Under the pieces are notes generated by a model. That model was given only the letters and a program-made list of their open reading frames with translations. It searched no databases and was not told the DNA's origin. A stretch of 44,763 bases of DNA from Bdellovibrionales bacterium (lineage in GTDB: Bacteria > Bdellovibrionota > UBA1018 > CAIMNF01): contig JBEIKL010000002.1 of assembly GCA_040379745.1 (NCBI GenBank), positions 1-44,763 on the forward strand, read 5' to 3'. The first letter of the stretch is position 1. The number at the start of each line of letters is the position of its first letter. Position numbers and translations under genes: made by a program. Shown here piece by piece: positions 1 through 8,161 of the stretch.

Positions 1-38
1 AGACTTGGCTGAATTGGTTGAATTTCGCCTGTTATTTC

Positions 39-716
39 ATGTTTTTACAAAAGCTTGCCAGTCTCGTTGTATACGGGGACTCACTATGGCATAGTCCGCT
101 CATGCTTCTTCAACTTTTTTTGTTGATCAATTCAGCACACGCTTTCGCCTTCGGCGATGTGAATGTCCACGACCTCAGAAATGGGGATGTGATCCTGCAG
201 TCGCAGGCCTGTTTCGTTTGTCAGCTGATTGAAGAAGAAGAGAACTCTCCCTACTCGCACATCGGTGTGATCGTGACTCCTGAATTCGGCGAACCCATGG
301 TTCTGGAATCCTGGGGCTACGTCACCAACACTCCGCTGTCGGAATTCCTGACACGCCGGAAACGCAATACGCGTTCGCTGATCCTTCGTCCGCAAAGTCA
401 CTTCCGACTGGCATCGGTCAACACCAATGAATTGATGGATCGATTCACGAATTTTTATGCGGGCAAGACCTACGACCCTGCATTCCTGTGGAACAACCGG
501 GATGAAAACGGCGAGCTACTTTACTGTTCCGAGTTCGTCGCGAAATTCATCAATCCGTTCTTGGGGAACAAATTGCTTCCCAAAGCCATGCACTATGAAC
601 GCAACCGTTCCGCATGGATGCACTACTTCAATGGAAATCCGCCGGACGGAAAACAAGGCCTGTCGCCCGGCGATTTCGAACGATCCCCGCTTTTCAATCG
701 GATTGGATTACTTTAA
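39..716 (+). CDS. YiiX/YaeF-like permuted papain-fold amidase, probably secreted
   Basis: ORF 18..716 opens with TTG. ATGs lie at 39 and 102, the latter just before the hydrophobic LLQLFLLINSAHA-FA (signal-like). The motif order SPYSHIGVI (His) then LYCSEFVAKF (Cys) matches my recollection of permuted NlpC/P60-type YiiX amidases. Start codon uncertain. Confidence 0.7.
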   Translation: MFLQKLASLVVYGDSLWHSPLMLLQLFLLINSAHAFAFGDVNVHDLRNGDVILQSQACFVCQLIEEEENSPYSHIGVIVTPEFGEPMVLESWGYVTNTPLSEFLTRRKRNTRSLILRPQSHFRLASVNTNELMDRFTNFYAGKTYDPAFLWNNRDENGELLYCSEFVAKFINPFLGNKLLPKAMHYERNRSAWMHYFNGNPPDGKQGLSPGDFERSPLFNRIGLL

Positions 717-1241
717 TTCGATTTCAATGGCATCAGTCAGTGCGTGACTTTCAGGATCCACGCTCGACTTGAATCGTCCGGCCACGCGACCGTTGCGATC
801 GATCAGGAACTTCTCGAAATTCCAGCCCACTTCGCCCGTAGTCTTGGAGTTTGCGATCAGGTGTTGATAAAGCGCTTGCTTGGACGCACCCTTCACCGGA
901 TTTTTCTCGAACATCGGGAAGGTGGTCTTGTACTTCAGTTCGCAGAACTTCTTGATTTCCTTGTTCGTGCCCGGCTCTTGGCCGCCGAAATCATTGGAAG
1001 GGAACCCCAACACCACAAATCCCTTGCTCTGGTACTTTTCATGAATGCTTTGAAGCCCTTTGTACTGCGGAGTGTATCCGCATTCTGAAGCCGTGTTCAC
1101 GATCAGCAGGGTTTTACCCTTGTATTCCTTCAGCGTGGTTTGCTTGCCATCGATGGTCTTCAGAGGAATCTCATAGATCGATGGTGTTGCAGCGAAGGCG
1201 TTAGCAGTCATCAAAAGAACGGAAAGAAAAATGGTCTTCAT
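708..1241 (-). CDS. glutathione peroxidase (Cys-type), signal peptide
   Basis: GPx signatures LIVNTASECGYT, LGFPSNDFGGQEPG and WNFEKFLIDRNGRV. N-terminal MKTIFLSVLLMTANAFA. AAGGAG lies 8 nt upstream of the ATG. ATGA overlap with the stop of the upstream HD gene. Confidence 0.93.
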   Translation of the reverse strand: MKTIFLSVLLMTANAFAATPSIYEIPLKTIDGKQTTLKEYKGKTLLIVNTASECGYTPQYKGLQSIHEKYQSKGFVVLGFPSNDFGGQEPGTNKEIKKFCELKYKTTFPMFEKNPVKGASKQALYQHLIANSKTTGEVGWNFEKFLIDRNGRVAGRFKSSVDPESHALTDAIEIELK

Positions 1242-1930
1242 GGGTTGATCTCCTTCTTCAATTGTTCAACGAAGCCCTGCAAATATCCAGCTCGTTCGTG
1301 AGCCTCTTTCTGTCCGGCAATTGTCCGGAATGTTGCGGGCAATTTCAGCAACTTAGTGAAGAAGTGATCCAGTGAGTAAGAGCGATCGTCAAGCTCGCGA
1401 CGTTCCGCCCACGGATCAGTGACATGGAAAAGCGATGCACCCATCGATACACCGGTGGCGATGGTGCGGTAAAGACCGATTGCCCCCAACGCTTCCAAAC
1501 GATCTGCATCTTGCAGGCATTCCCCCAACAAAGAACGAGGAGTTCGGCCCGCAGAAAAACTATGATCCAAAATGGCATCGGTGATTTCAGAAACCCAGTC
1601 ACGCGACCAGGCACGATCACCTTGTGCGGTCTTTTGATTGCTCAGGATCTCGAACGCCCTCTCACTTGCCAGTCGGGAGCTTTCTTTTCGAAGTGGTGAA
1701 TTTTTCGCAACCGGCACGCAATCGTGCAACAGGGCGGCGGCCAGCATGGCATCGACCTCATCCTCAGACGGAGATCTCGCATGCTTCAACCGGACTTCCA
1801 ATTCGAGCAACTTCACCGCGATACGGGAAACCCGCTCGATGTGCGAGAAATCATGACCCGCATCCGCCGGAGGAATCGCCGATGCCAGATCGTAGAGGAA
1901 TAAAATACGTTCACGGTGGGATGGAATCAT
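1238..1930 (-). CDS. HD-domain phosphohydrolase (YedJ-like)
   Basis: 230 aa with an HD-superfamily metal-ligand pattern: HDFSHIERV, AALLHD, LQDADRLEALG. Confidence 0.8.
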   Translation of the reverse strand: MIPSHRERILFLYDLASAIPPADAGHDFSHIERVSRIAVKLLELEVRLKHARSPSEDEVDAMLAAALLHDCVPVAKNSPLRKESSRLASERAFEILSNQKTAQGDRAWSRDWVSEITDAILDHSFSAGRTPRSLLGECLQDADRLEALGAIGLYRTIATGVSMGASLFHVTDPWAERRELDDRSYSLDHFFTKLLKLPATFRTIAGQKEAHERAGYLQGFVEQLKKEINP

Positions 1931-1943
1931 CTCAAAAAAACGA

Positions 1944-2942
1944 TCAACCTTTGCGCGCCCATTCGGGTTTGTAGAAGAAGCGTTCGAACTGTTTGTTCAA
2001 AAGCGTCCATGAGCCGGCTTGCGCATCGTTCTCCACGAACACGCGGATCGCGTTCACCTTGGAGTCAAGATCGTCGATCATGTGAACAATCAATGCCTCA
2101 AGACAGGCTGGCTCTTTCGGAGATCCGTATTCCTGCTTGCCGTGATGGGCGAGCACCATGTGCTTGGCGAGAAGTTTTTTCTCCACAGGGAATGCTCCCG
2201 GCAACCGGCCCTCTTGGGATTCGAGCATCTGGACTTTTTTCTCGATCAATTCCGATCCCATCACCAGGTGACCGATCAGTCGACCTTCGGTGGTGTAATC
2301 CGTGGTCTTTTCGTATTGGAGTTCCCAGATTTTGCCCAAGTCATGCATCATTCCACCGACAAACAACAAGTCCCGATCCACATAAGGAGCGTAATTCTTG
2401 GAGAGGAAATCCAGCGTTTTACAGATGGAGACTACGTGTTCAATCAGGCCTGCCGGATAGGCATGGTGCATGGATTTCGCAGCAGGCGCTCTCTTGATCT
2501 TTGTCACGATTTCGGCATCTTCGATGAAGATCGATTCCATCAATGCTTTGTAGAAAGGATCCTGCATGGTCTGGATCATCGCGATCAGCTCAGCGTAGAT
2601 TTTTTCCGGACTGAGGAATGTCGGCGCAAGAAACTCATCCATCGAAACTTCGTCTTCACGCAACACGGTCATGTCCTTGATGTGAACCTGAATGCGCCCA
2701 TTGAAGCTCTGCGCTTGACCTTCGACTTGAACGAAGGTGTCTTTCACCGCTTGTGAGTGGAACTTCGGAACATTGTCAAAAACCCGTGCCTCGAGATCTC
2801 CCATCTTGTCCGTCAAAATGATGTTCATGTACGGCTTTCCGGTTTTGCCGGTGGCCACTGCGGCATACTTGATCAGGAACGGACTGGATACGCGATCGCC
2901 ATCGTGGATCGTCTTCGAGAATTGATTTTTCGGGTATTTCAT
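1944..2942 (-). CDS. OB-fold + HD-domain protein, YhaM-family 3'-5' exoribonuclease-like
   Basis: N-terminal OB-like segment (GKPYMNIILTDKMGDLEARVFD), then HD-domain motifs HHAYPAGLIEH, GGMMHDLGK and LAHHGKQEYGSP. Start set at ATG 2942 (MKYPKNQ). The TTG-extended ORF to 2981 would cross the divergent ygfZ start. Confidence 0.85.
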   Translation of the reverse strand: MKYPKNQFSKTIHDGDRVSSPFLIKYAAVATGKTGKPYMNIILTDKMGDLEARVFDNVPKFHSQAVKDTFVQVEGQAQSFNGRIQVHIKDMTVLREDEVSMDEFLAPTFLSPEKIYAELIAMIQTMQDPFYKALMESIFIEDAEIVTKIKRAPAAKSMHHAYPAGLIEHVVSICKTLDFLSKNYAPYVDRDLLFVGGMMHDLGKIWELQYEKTTDYTTEGRLIGHLVMGSELIEKKVQMLESQEGRLPGAFPVEKKLLAKHMVLAHHGKQEYGSPKEPACLEALIVHMIDDLDSKVNAIRVFVENDAQAGSWTLLNKQFERFFYKPEWARKG

Positions 2943-2966
2943 AGATGCAAAATAATGTACTCTAAA

Positions 2967-3617
2967 ATGGCGATGAAACAAAGAATTTTACTCACCGGTA
3001 AAGACGGAATCGACTTACTTCAACGCATTACCACACTGGATTTCAAGCGCCTTGACACAGCCATCGCTCATCCCGGCCTGTTCCTGAACGCTCAGGGAAA
3101 AATCCTGTGTCATTTCATGGCCACGAAGAAGCCTGACGGAGATTCCGTCGAAATCACTTTTGAAAATCAATTCTTGGAATTGCTCGATCAATATACTTTC
3201 AGCGAACGTTACCGGATCGAAACCCTTTCAAACGACTCAAGCCACGCTCCCGAACTTTACGAAATGGAACGCATTCGTGCCCGCATTCCGAAGGAAGGCA
3301 ACGAGTTCCTCGCGAATGGCGAAACCAATCCTCTCGAAGTGAATTTGCAATCGGCAATTCATGATCAGAAAGGTTGCTATCCGGGACAGGAAGTGATCGA
3401 AAAGATCATCGCGATCGGCTCTCCCGCAAAACGACTTTGTCTAGTGAAGATCGTGGATGGCACCACCCTACCCGCCCCCCTTCCGCTGGAACTCGATTTC
3501 GGCAAGTTGACCAGTTTCGAATCGCCCTACGGACTGGCGATCGTCCGCAAAACCCATGCAAGTCCAGGTACCCCACTTCAAGGTAACGGATGTCGCTTCG
3601 AAGTGGTGGAATCATGA
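2967..3617 (+). CDS. ygfZ: folate-binding protein YgfZ (GcvT-like), short form
   Basis: Starts MAMKQRILLTGKDGIDLLQRITTLD and carries the hallmark KGCYPGQEVIEK motif. Upstream part of ORF 2757..3617 is antisense to the yhaM-like gene, so the start is placed at ATG 2967. Confidence 0.85.
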   Translation: MAMKQRILLTGKDGIDLLQRITTLDFKRLDTAIAHPGLFLNAQGKILCHFMATKKPDGDSVEITFENQFLELLDQYTFSERYRIETLSNDSSHAPELYEMERIRARIPKEGNEFLANGETNPLEVNLQSAIHDQKGCYPGQEVIEKIIAIGSPAKRLCLVKIVDGTTLPAPLPLELDFGKLTSFESPYGLAIVRKTHASPGTPLQGNGCRFEVVES

Positions 3618-6535
3618 AAATCGTGATCGCTCTTGCAGCACTCGGTTTGTTTTTCACACCAAAAATCCATGCTGCCAGCGGCTTGAACTATCTGGAAATG
3701 GCGAGTCTGAATCCGGCCACGCACTATTTGCATTTCGAAACCGATCACTTCGAATTCGATTATGAGGAGGGTTACCTTGATTTCACTCTGGAAGCGGCCA
3801 AGCACCTCGAGCATGCACACAGCATTCTTGCGCCGATCCTGCAATGGAATCCTCGCTCGAAAATCCACGTGCTCGTGGCGGACAACGAAGACAGTGCCAA
3901 CGGTTTCGCCATGGCCGCCCTTCGGGTCGGCATGGTCCTGATCGCCACACCGCCCGATCAGTGGTACTCGACTTCCTACAGCGACAACTGGATCAAGTTG
4001 CTTGCGTTTCACGAATACGTGCACATCCTCAACATGGACCCCACCAAGGATTTCATGGAAATCCTGCGCATCATTTACGGTGACGTGATCCGTCCGAACG
4101 GACTCTGGCCCCGCTGGATGCTCGAGGGACTGGCGGTTTACTTTGAAACGAGGACCTCGGTTCTGGGCAGAGGCAGAAGTCCTTACTATGACGGGATCGT
4201 TCGCGCCTTCTTCAACGAAGGGTTGCTCGGTACCGGATCGAATGACCGATTCAACTACGGAAAACTCAGCGGAAGCTGGCCGTATTTTCCGGGCGGTGAA
4301 ACACCGTACCTGTTCGGCTATCAACTTTGGAACCAGTTTGCCAAACAGGCGGGAGATGACGGGTTTGCCGGAGCATACTCGATCAACTCCGCAGGACGCA
4401 TTCCATTTTTCATTGATGGCAATTTGCAGAAGTTCCTGAAAAAGGACTGGGCCGATCTGTGGAACGACTTTGTGACCAACGAAGGCCTGCGCCACCGCAA
4501 AGATATCGATGCAGTGAAGGCAAAAGGTGAAACCCGCCACACGATCATTTCAAACAGCCAATACAGTGCTCACGGTGGTGTGATTTCACCGAATGGCGAA
4601 TGGATGGCGTGGACTGAAACGCGTCTCGATGAACGCCAAGGCCTGGTACTGAAAAACATGAAAACGGGAGTGGAGAAGAAAATCCGTGACAAGGTTCAGG
4701 GCGCATCCCTATCGTTCACACCCGACCACCGCTATCTCGTCTTCAGTTCACTCGAACAACACCGTACATTCAAACTTCTTTCAGACTTGTTTGCCTATGA
4801 TCTTCAGACAGGAACCTTCCACGCGATGACACAAGGAATGCGCGCGAAGGATCCGGACATCTCTCCCGACGGCAAGCACATCACCTTCACCACCGTCGAT
4901 CATGCCACACAGTTGCTGAATGTCGCTGAATTCATCGCCGATGAAAAAAATCCGCACATCGAGAATGCTCACATCATCCATCGTCCGGAAAACTTCTCGA
5001 TTCTTGCAACACCACGCTGGCTGAATGATCATGAAATCGTTTTCTCCGAACAAAAACTCGGTGAATCCACCGCGCGCATCCTGAAGAAAGACTCCCTCAA
5101 CGCATCCGATGCAACCGTTGCTGTGAACAATGGTGCGATCAACCGTTTTCCGATCCGTTGCGGAAGCAGACTCCTGCACGTTTCCGATCAGACTGGAATC
5201 GACAATGTCTTTGATGGCACCAAGCCGATCACGAATGTGGTCACCGGTGTGCAGTTCCCGTTCTGTTCGCAGGAAGGAATCCTGCATGGAAGCCTTCTGA
5301 CCTCGAACGGTTTTGAGATTGTGCGCTTTGAAACCCGTGAATCCACCTCTTCCAAAACAAGCGAGGGAAAGACAGTGAAACCGGATGCACCCGCTTCCCT
5401 CACCGAATCGCTGAAATCACCCGAACTCACTTTCGATCGCGCTTCTGTCACAGAATATGCTCCATTTCGGACACTGGTGCCTCGCCAGTGGGCACCGGTC
5501 GGCGTGGCTTCCTACAACCAAACCACCGATTTCACGTTGGGCGGAACGCTTCTTGGATTCGACTTTTCAGGAAAACACCAATACGTCGGCAGCTTCACGT
5601 ATTACTCCTCGATCAACACTTTTGACGGGGGCCTGACCTACACCTATTACGGATTCAGGCCTTCGATCACCCTGAGCGGATCTTCCTACAGTTCGGACGT
5701 CAAGACCGCATCCGGCGATCAAGCGTATAAGCGAACGCACGAACTTGCGCTTCAGTTCGATCACCTGACCAAGTGGACCTGGAGTTCGCTTCGGGTCGCA
5801 CCGTATTTCATGATCGACTGGAACTCGATTTACCGGGTCGACGATCATACGCGGGTGACCACGACCGATCCCGAATATTCAAAACCGCTCATTCCGGTTG
5901 CCGGTGCGATGGCCTTATTCAGTGATGTGTATCTTTCGAAGTTGGGATTCATGCCTGAAGGCGGCTCAACGCTGACCATGGCGACCGAAGCGAGAAACTA
6001 TCCGGATGACTTCACGCTCTGGAAGTTCATGACCGAGTACAAACGGTTTTTCTCACCGGGCGGTCATCACGTTTTCCAGCCGACCTTCCGCTATTACGGA
6101 TCATCCCATCCATACGGTTATGAACGCTCCTTCGCGATGATCAAGGGCAAGGACACCGAAAGCCTGTTTGACCGTGGACGCGGATTCAACCTGAACCAAA
6201 TGCAACTTCGGGGTTATTCGAATGTCTCGCTCGCTGCGCGTTCCGCATTCCAATTGGGACTGGATTATCACCTGCCGCTGATGACCGTGTTCGGAGGCAG
6301 TGGCCCGATCTTCCTGCAACAGTTTCATGGTTTCGTGTTCGGAGAAAACACTCGCATTCCACTGCGTGCGGGAGGCAGTGCGGATCTGCCTTCGTTCGGA
6401 GTGGGTGCAACTGCAGACACTACCTTGCTTTGGAATATCCCACTCAGTTTGTCGATTGAATGGCAACAAGGAACAAACCGGAAGTATGGCGGAGACGGAC
6501 TGTTCTTTTTCTCACTGACCACTTCGGCTCTTTGA
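3614..6535 (+). CDS. secreted/outer-membrane fusion protein: peptidase-MA-like HExxH domain + PD40 beta-propeller repeats + Omp85-like C-terminal barrel
   Basis: Signal peptide MKIVIALAALGLFFTPKIHA. HEYVH at 4010-4024, followed by WMLEGLAVYFE. PD40-like repeats ISPNGEWMAWTE, FTPDHRYLVFSS and ISPDGKHITFTT. C-terminal ~350 aa has a beta-strand pattern with LRGY at 6206-6217. ATGA overlap with the ygfZ stop. Confidence 0.85.
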   Translation: MKIVIALAALGLFFTPKIHAASGLNYLEMASLNPATHYLHFETDHFEFDYEEGYLDFTLEAAKHLEHAHSILAPILQWNPRSKIHVLVADNEDSANGFAMAALRVGMVLIATPPDQWYSTSYSDNWIKLLAFHEYVHILNMDPTKDFMEILRIIYGDVIRPNGLWPRWMLEGLAVYFETRTSVLGRGRSPYYDGIVRAFFNEGLLGTGSNDRFNYGKLSGSWPYFPGGETPYLFGYQLWNQFAKQAGDDGFAGAYSINSAGRIPFFIDGNLQKFLKKDWADLWNDFVTNEGLRHRKDIDAVKAKGETRHTIISNSQYSAHGGVISPNGEWMAWTETRLDERQGLVLKNMKTGVEKKIRDKVQGASLSFTPDHRYLVFSSLEQHRTFKLLSDLFAYDLQTGTFHAMTQGMRAKDPDISPDGKHITFTTVDHATQLLNVAEFIADEKNPHIENAHIIHRPENFSILATPRWLNDHEIVFSEQKLGESTARILKKDSLNASDATVAVNNGAINRFPIRCGSRLLHVSDQTGIDNVFDGTKPITNVVTGVQFPFCSQEGILHGSLLTSNGFEIVRFETRESTSSKTSEGKTVKPDAPASLTESLKSPELTFDRASVTEYAPFRTLVPRQWAPVGVASYNQTTDFTLGGTLLGFDFSGKHQYVGSFTYYSSINTFDGGLTYTYYGFRPSITLSGSSYSSDVKTASGDQAYKRTHELALQFDHLTKWTWSSLRVAPYFMIDWNSIYRVDDHTRVTTTDPEYSKPLIPVAGAMALFSDVYLSKLGFMPEGGSTLTMATEARNYPDDFTLWKFMTEYKRFFSPGGHHVFQPTFRYYGSSHPYGYERSFAMIKGKDTESLFDRGRGFNLNQMQLRGYSNVSLAARSAFQLGLDYHLPLMTVFGGSGPIFLQQFHGFVFGENTRIPLRAGGSADLPSFGVGATADTTLLWNIPLSLSIEWQQGTNRKYGGDGLFFFSLTTSAL

Positions 6536-6541
6536 ACAGGA

Positions 6542-6964
6542 TCAGGAATTCAATTTCGGATGAAGATTGCGAATCACTGCGTAGGCGGTCAATCCGATCA
6601 CCACCAGCATGATCAACCGCGGATGTGAAAACTCTCGAGGTATGCGTCTGCCCAACGATAGGATCAACAGGATCAACAATGCAAAGAACCAAAGTGCTGG
6701 ACCGAAGAAATTTTCCCGTTGAGCGGTAGCAAGCTCACCCCTAAACATCGCGATCCAGGAATGGGTCATTCCACAAAAGGCACACTGCAAGCCGGTCCAC
6801 CACTTCAGCGGGCAACGGTACGGCGATCCATTCAGCGCATTTTCCAGCTCAGACGGGGTCCAGCGCCGCACCAGAATCGAGACTCCAATCCAAACGGCGA
6901 TCAATCCGCGCGCGATCCTCGGTGAGTTGGACTTCCAGAATGCCGGGGTGATGCTCTTTTTCAT
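6542..6964 (-). CDS. DUF2752-family membrane protein
   Basis: YRCPLKWWTGLQCAFCGMTHSW matches the CP..TG..C..CG.T signature I recall for DUF2752, followed by hydrophobic helices. Start at ATG 6964 (MKKSITP) or GTG 6985. Confidence 0.7.
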   Translation of the reverse strand: MKKSITPAFWKSNSPRIARGLIAVWIGVSILVRRWTPSELENALNGSPYRCPLKWWTGLQCAFCGMTHSWIAMFRGELATAQRENFFGPALWFFALLILLILSLGRRIPREFSHPRLIMLVVIGLTAYAVIRNLHPKLNS

Positions 6965-7069
6965 GATACCGGCCCAGATTAGCACGAGGTTTCAATGCCG
7001 ATCATTTATAAATCAATGAATCCCATGGGAAAAGGATCCATATCCGGACTATTTTAATCAATTTTACCC

Positions 7070-7098
7070 TTGCAATTTTTACATAGTATATGTATAAT
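7070..7098 (+). promoter_or_regulatory. sigma-70-type promoter TTGCAA-17 nt-TATAAT
   Basis: -35 TTGCAA at 7070-7075, a 17-nt spacer, and a perfect -10 TATAAT at 7093-7098. The ATG at 7108 is only 10 nt after the -10 and no SD lies between them. The palindrome TACATA-GTA-TATGTA (7080-7094) overlaps the spacer and the -10. Confidence 0.6.
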
Positions 7099-7107
7099 CC
7101 GTGAACC

Positions 7108-8139
7108 ATGACCCAGACGCCTCTTCAAAAATCAAAATCGCCGGCAACACCGGGACTCACCTTGAAGCAGAATCTGAAGGGTGCAACCCCAGGAGCACCG
7201 GAAATCATCGGTCAGAACGATAAACTGAAACAAATGCTTTCCATCGCGGATCGCGTTTCTCCGACCAACGCATCGGTCTTGATCCTGGGCGAAAGCGGCA
7301 CCGGCAAGGAACTCATCGCGAAACGAATCCACTCGAAAAGCCTGCGGGCTCAAGAAAGCTTCGTCGCCATCAACTGTGGCGCATTGACCGAATCCCTTCT
7401 GGAAAGCGAACTCTTCGGCCATGAAAAGGGCGCATTCACCGGAGCCGTAAGCACCAAACCGGGGTTGGTTGAAACCGCTGAAAACGGAACTCTTTTCCTT
7501 GATGAAATCGGTGAAATGCCCCTTTCTTTGCAGGCAAAACTCTTGCGTTTCCTTCAGGAAGGCGAAATTTATCGCGTCGGAGGCAAGGAACCGATCCATG
7601 TGAATGTGCGCATCCTGAGTGCCACCAACCGAGACCTTGAAAACGAAATCCGAACTGGAAAATTCCGCGAAGACCTTTTTTACCGTTTGAACACGATCTC
7701 CATCCGATCCCCCTCCCTTCGCGAACGCAAGGATGACCTCGGAGACCTGATGGAACATTTCTCGCCGGGCATGGTGGCCGACCTCAGCCCAGAAGCAATG
7801 GATTGCCTGATCCGTTACAACTGGCCTGGCAATATCCGCGAACTGCAAAATACCGTGGAACGCCTGCGCGTACTTGCCGGTGGCGGGAAAATCACGGAAG
7901 CCGACCTTCCGGGCTCGATTCGCAACCCGAATGCGAATCGCAAGGACCTGAAATCCAGCGAACTCCCCTCTCCAACCATGCCCTTGGAGGAACTGGAAAA
8001 ACTGCATATTTTACGATGCCTTGAGCACTTTGAGGGCAACAAGACGCGCGCTGCGCAATCGCTCGGGATCACGATCAAAACCCTTTATAACAAGCTTCAT
8101 CGTTACGGAATTTTGGACAAATCAGAAGTAAACCTGTAA
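7108..8139 (+). CDS. sigma-54-dependent transcriptional activator (AAA+ core + Fis-type HTH, no N-terminal sensory domain)
   Basis: Walker A GESGTGKE (from 7288), ELFGHEKGAFTGA with an intact GAFTGA loop (7429-7446), GTLFLDEIGEM, REDLFYRLN, and a C-terminal HTH NKTRAAQSLGITIKTLYNKLHRYG. Only ~33 residues precede the AAA+ core. An in-frame TGA at 7102-7104 excludes a longer N-terminus. Confidence 0.93.
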   Translation: MTQTPLQKSKSPATPGLTLKQNLKGATPGAPEIIGQNDKLKQMLSIADRVSPTNASVLILGESGTGKELIAKRIHSKSLRAQESFVAINCGALTESLLESELFGHEKGAFTGAVSTKPGLVETAENGTLFLDEIGEMPLSLQAKLLRFLQEGEIYRVGGKEPIHVNVRILSATNRDLENEIRTGKFREDLFYRLNTISIRSPSLRERKDDLGDLMEHFSPGMVADLSPEAMDCLIRYNWPGNIRELQNTVERLRVLAGGGKITEADLPGSIRNPNANRKDLKSSELPSPTMPLEELEKLHILRCLEHFEGNKTRAAQSLGITIKTLYNKLHRYGILDKSEVNL

Positions 8140-8161
8140 AACAACTACACTTGGAGGAAAC

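Noticed and set aside
708-716. 9-nt overlap of the convergent 3' ends of the YiiX-like gene and the glutathione peroxidase gene.
   Set aside because: Simple stop-codon overlap (ttactttaa), leaving no room for a regulatory element. Common in compact genomes.
1040-1120. Checked whether the glutathione peroxidase is a selenoprotein (in-frame TGA plus a SECIS element).
   Set aside because: The active-site residue is encoded as Cys (ASECGYT) within an uninterrupted ORF, with no in-frame TGA.
7132-8007. Long antisense ORFs mirroring well-identified genes. Examples: 7132-8007 opposite the sigma-54 activator, 13959-15077 opposite tig, 19982-21334 opposite rseP, 24502-25413 opposite tsf (same length as tsf), 41097-42449 opposite rpoB, 2019-2756, 3578-4540 and 28230-28979.
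   Set aside because: They lie in the antisense frame that stays open because of RNY codon periodicity. Their translations are low-complexity, Arg/His/Phe-rich, have no recognisable motifs and no SD. The sense-strand genes are unambiguous.
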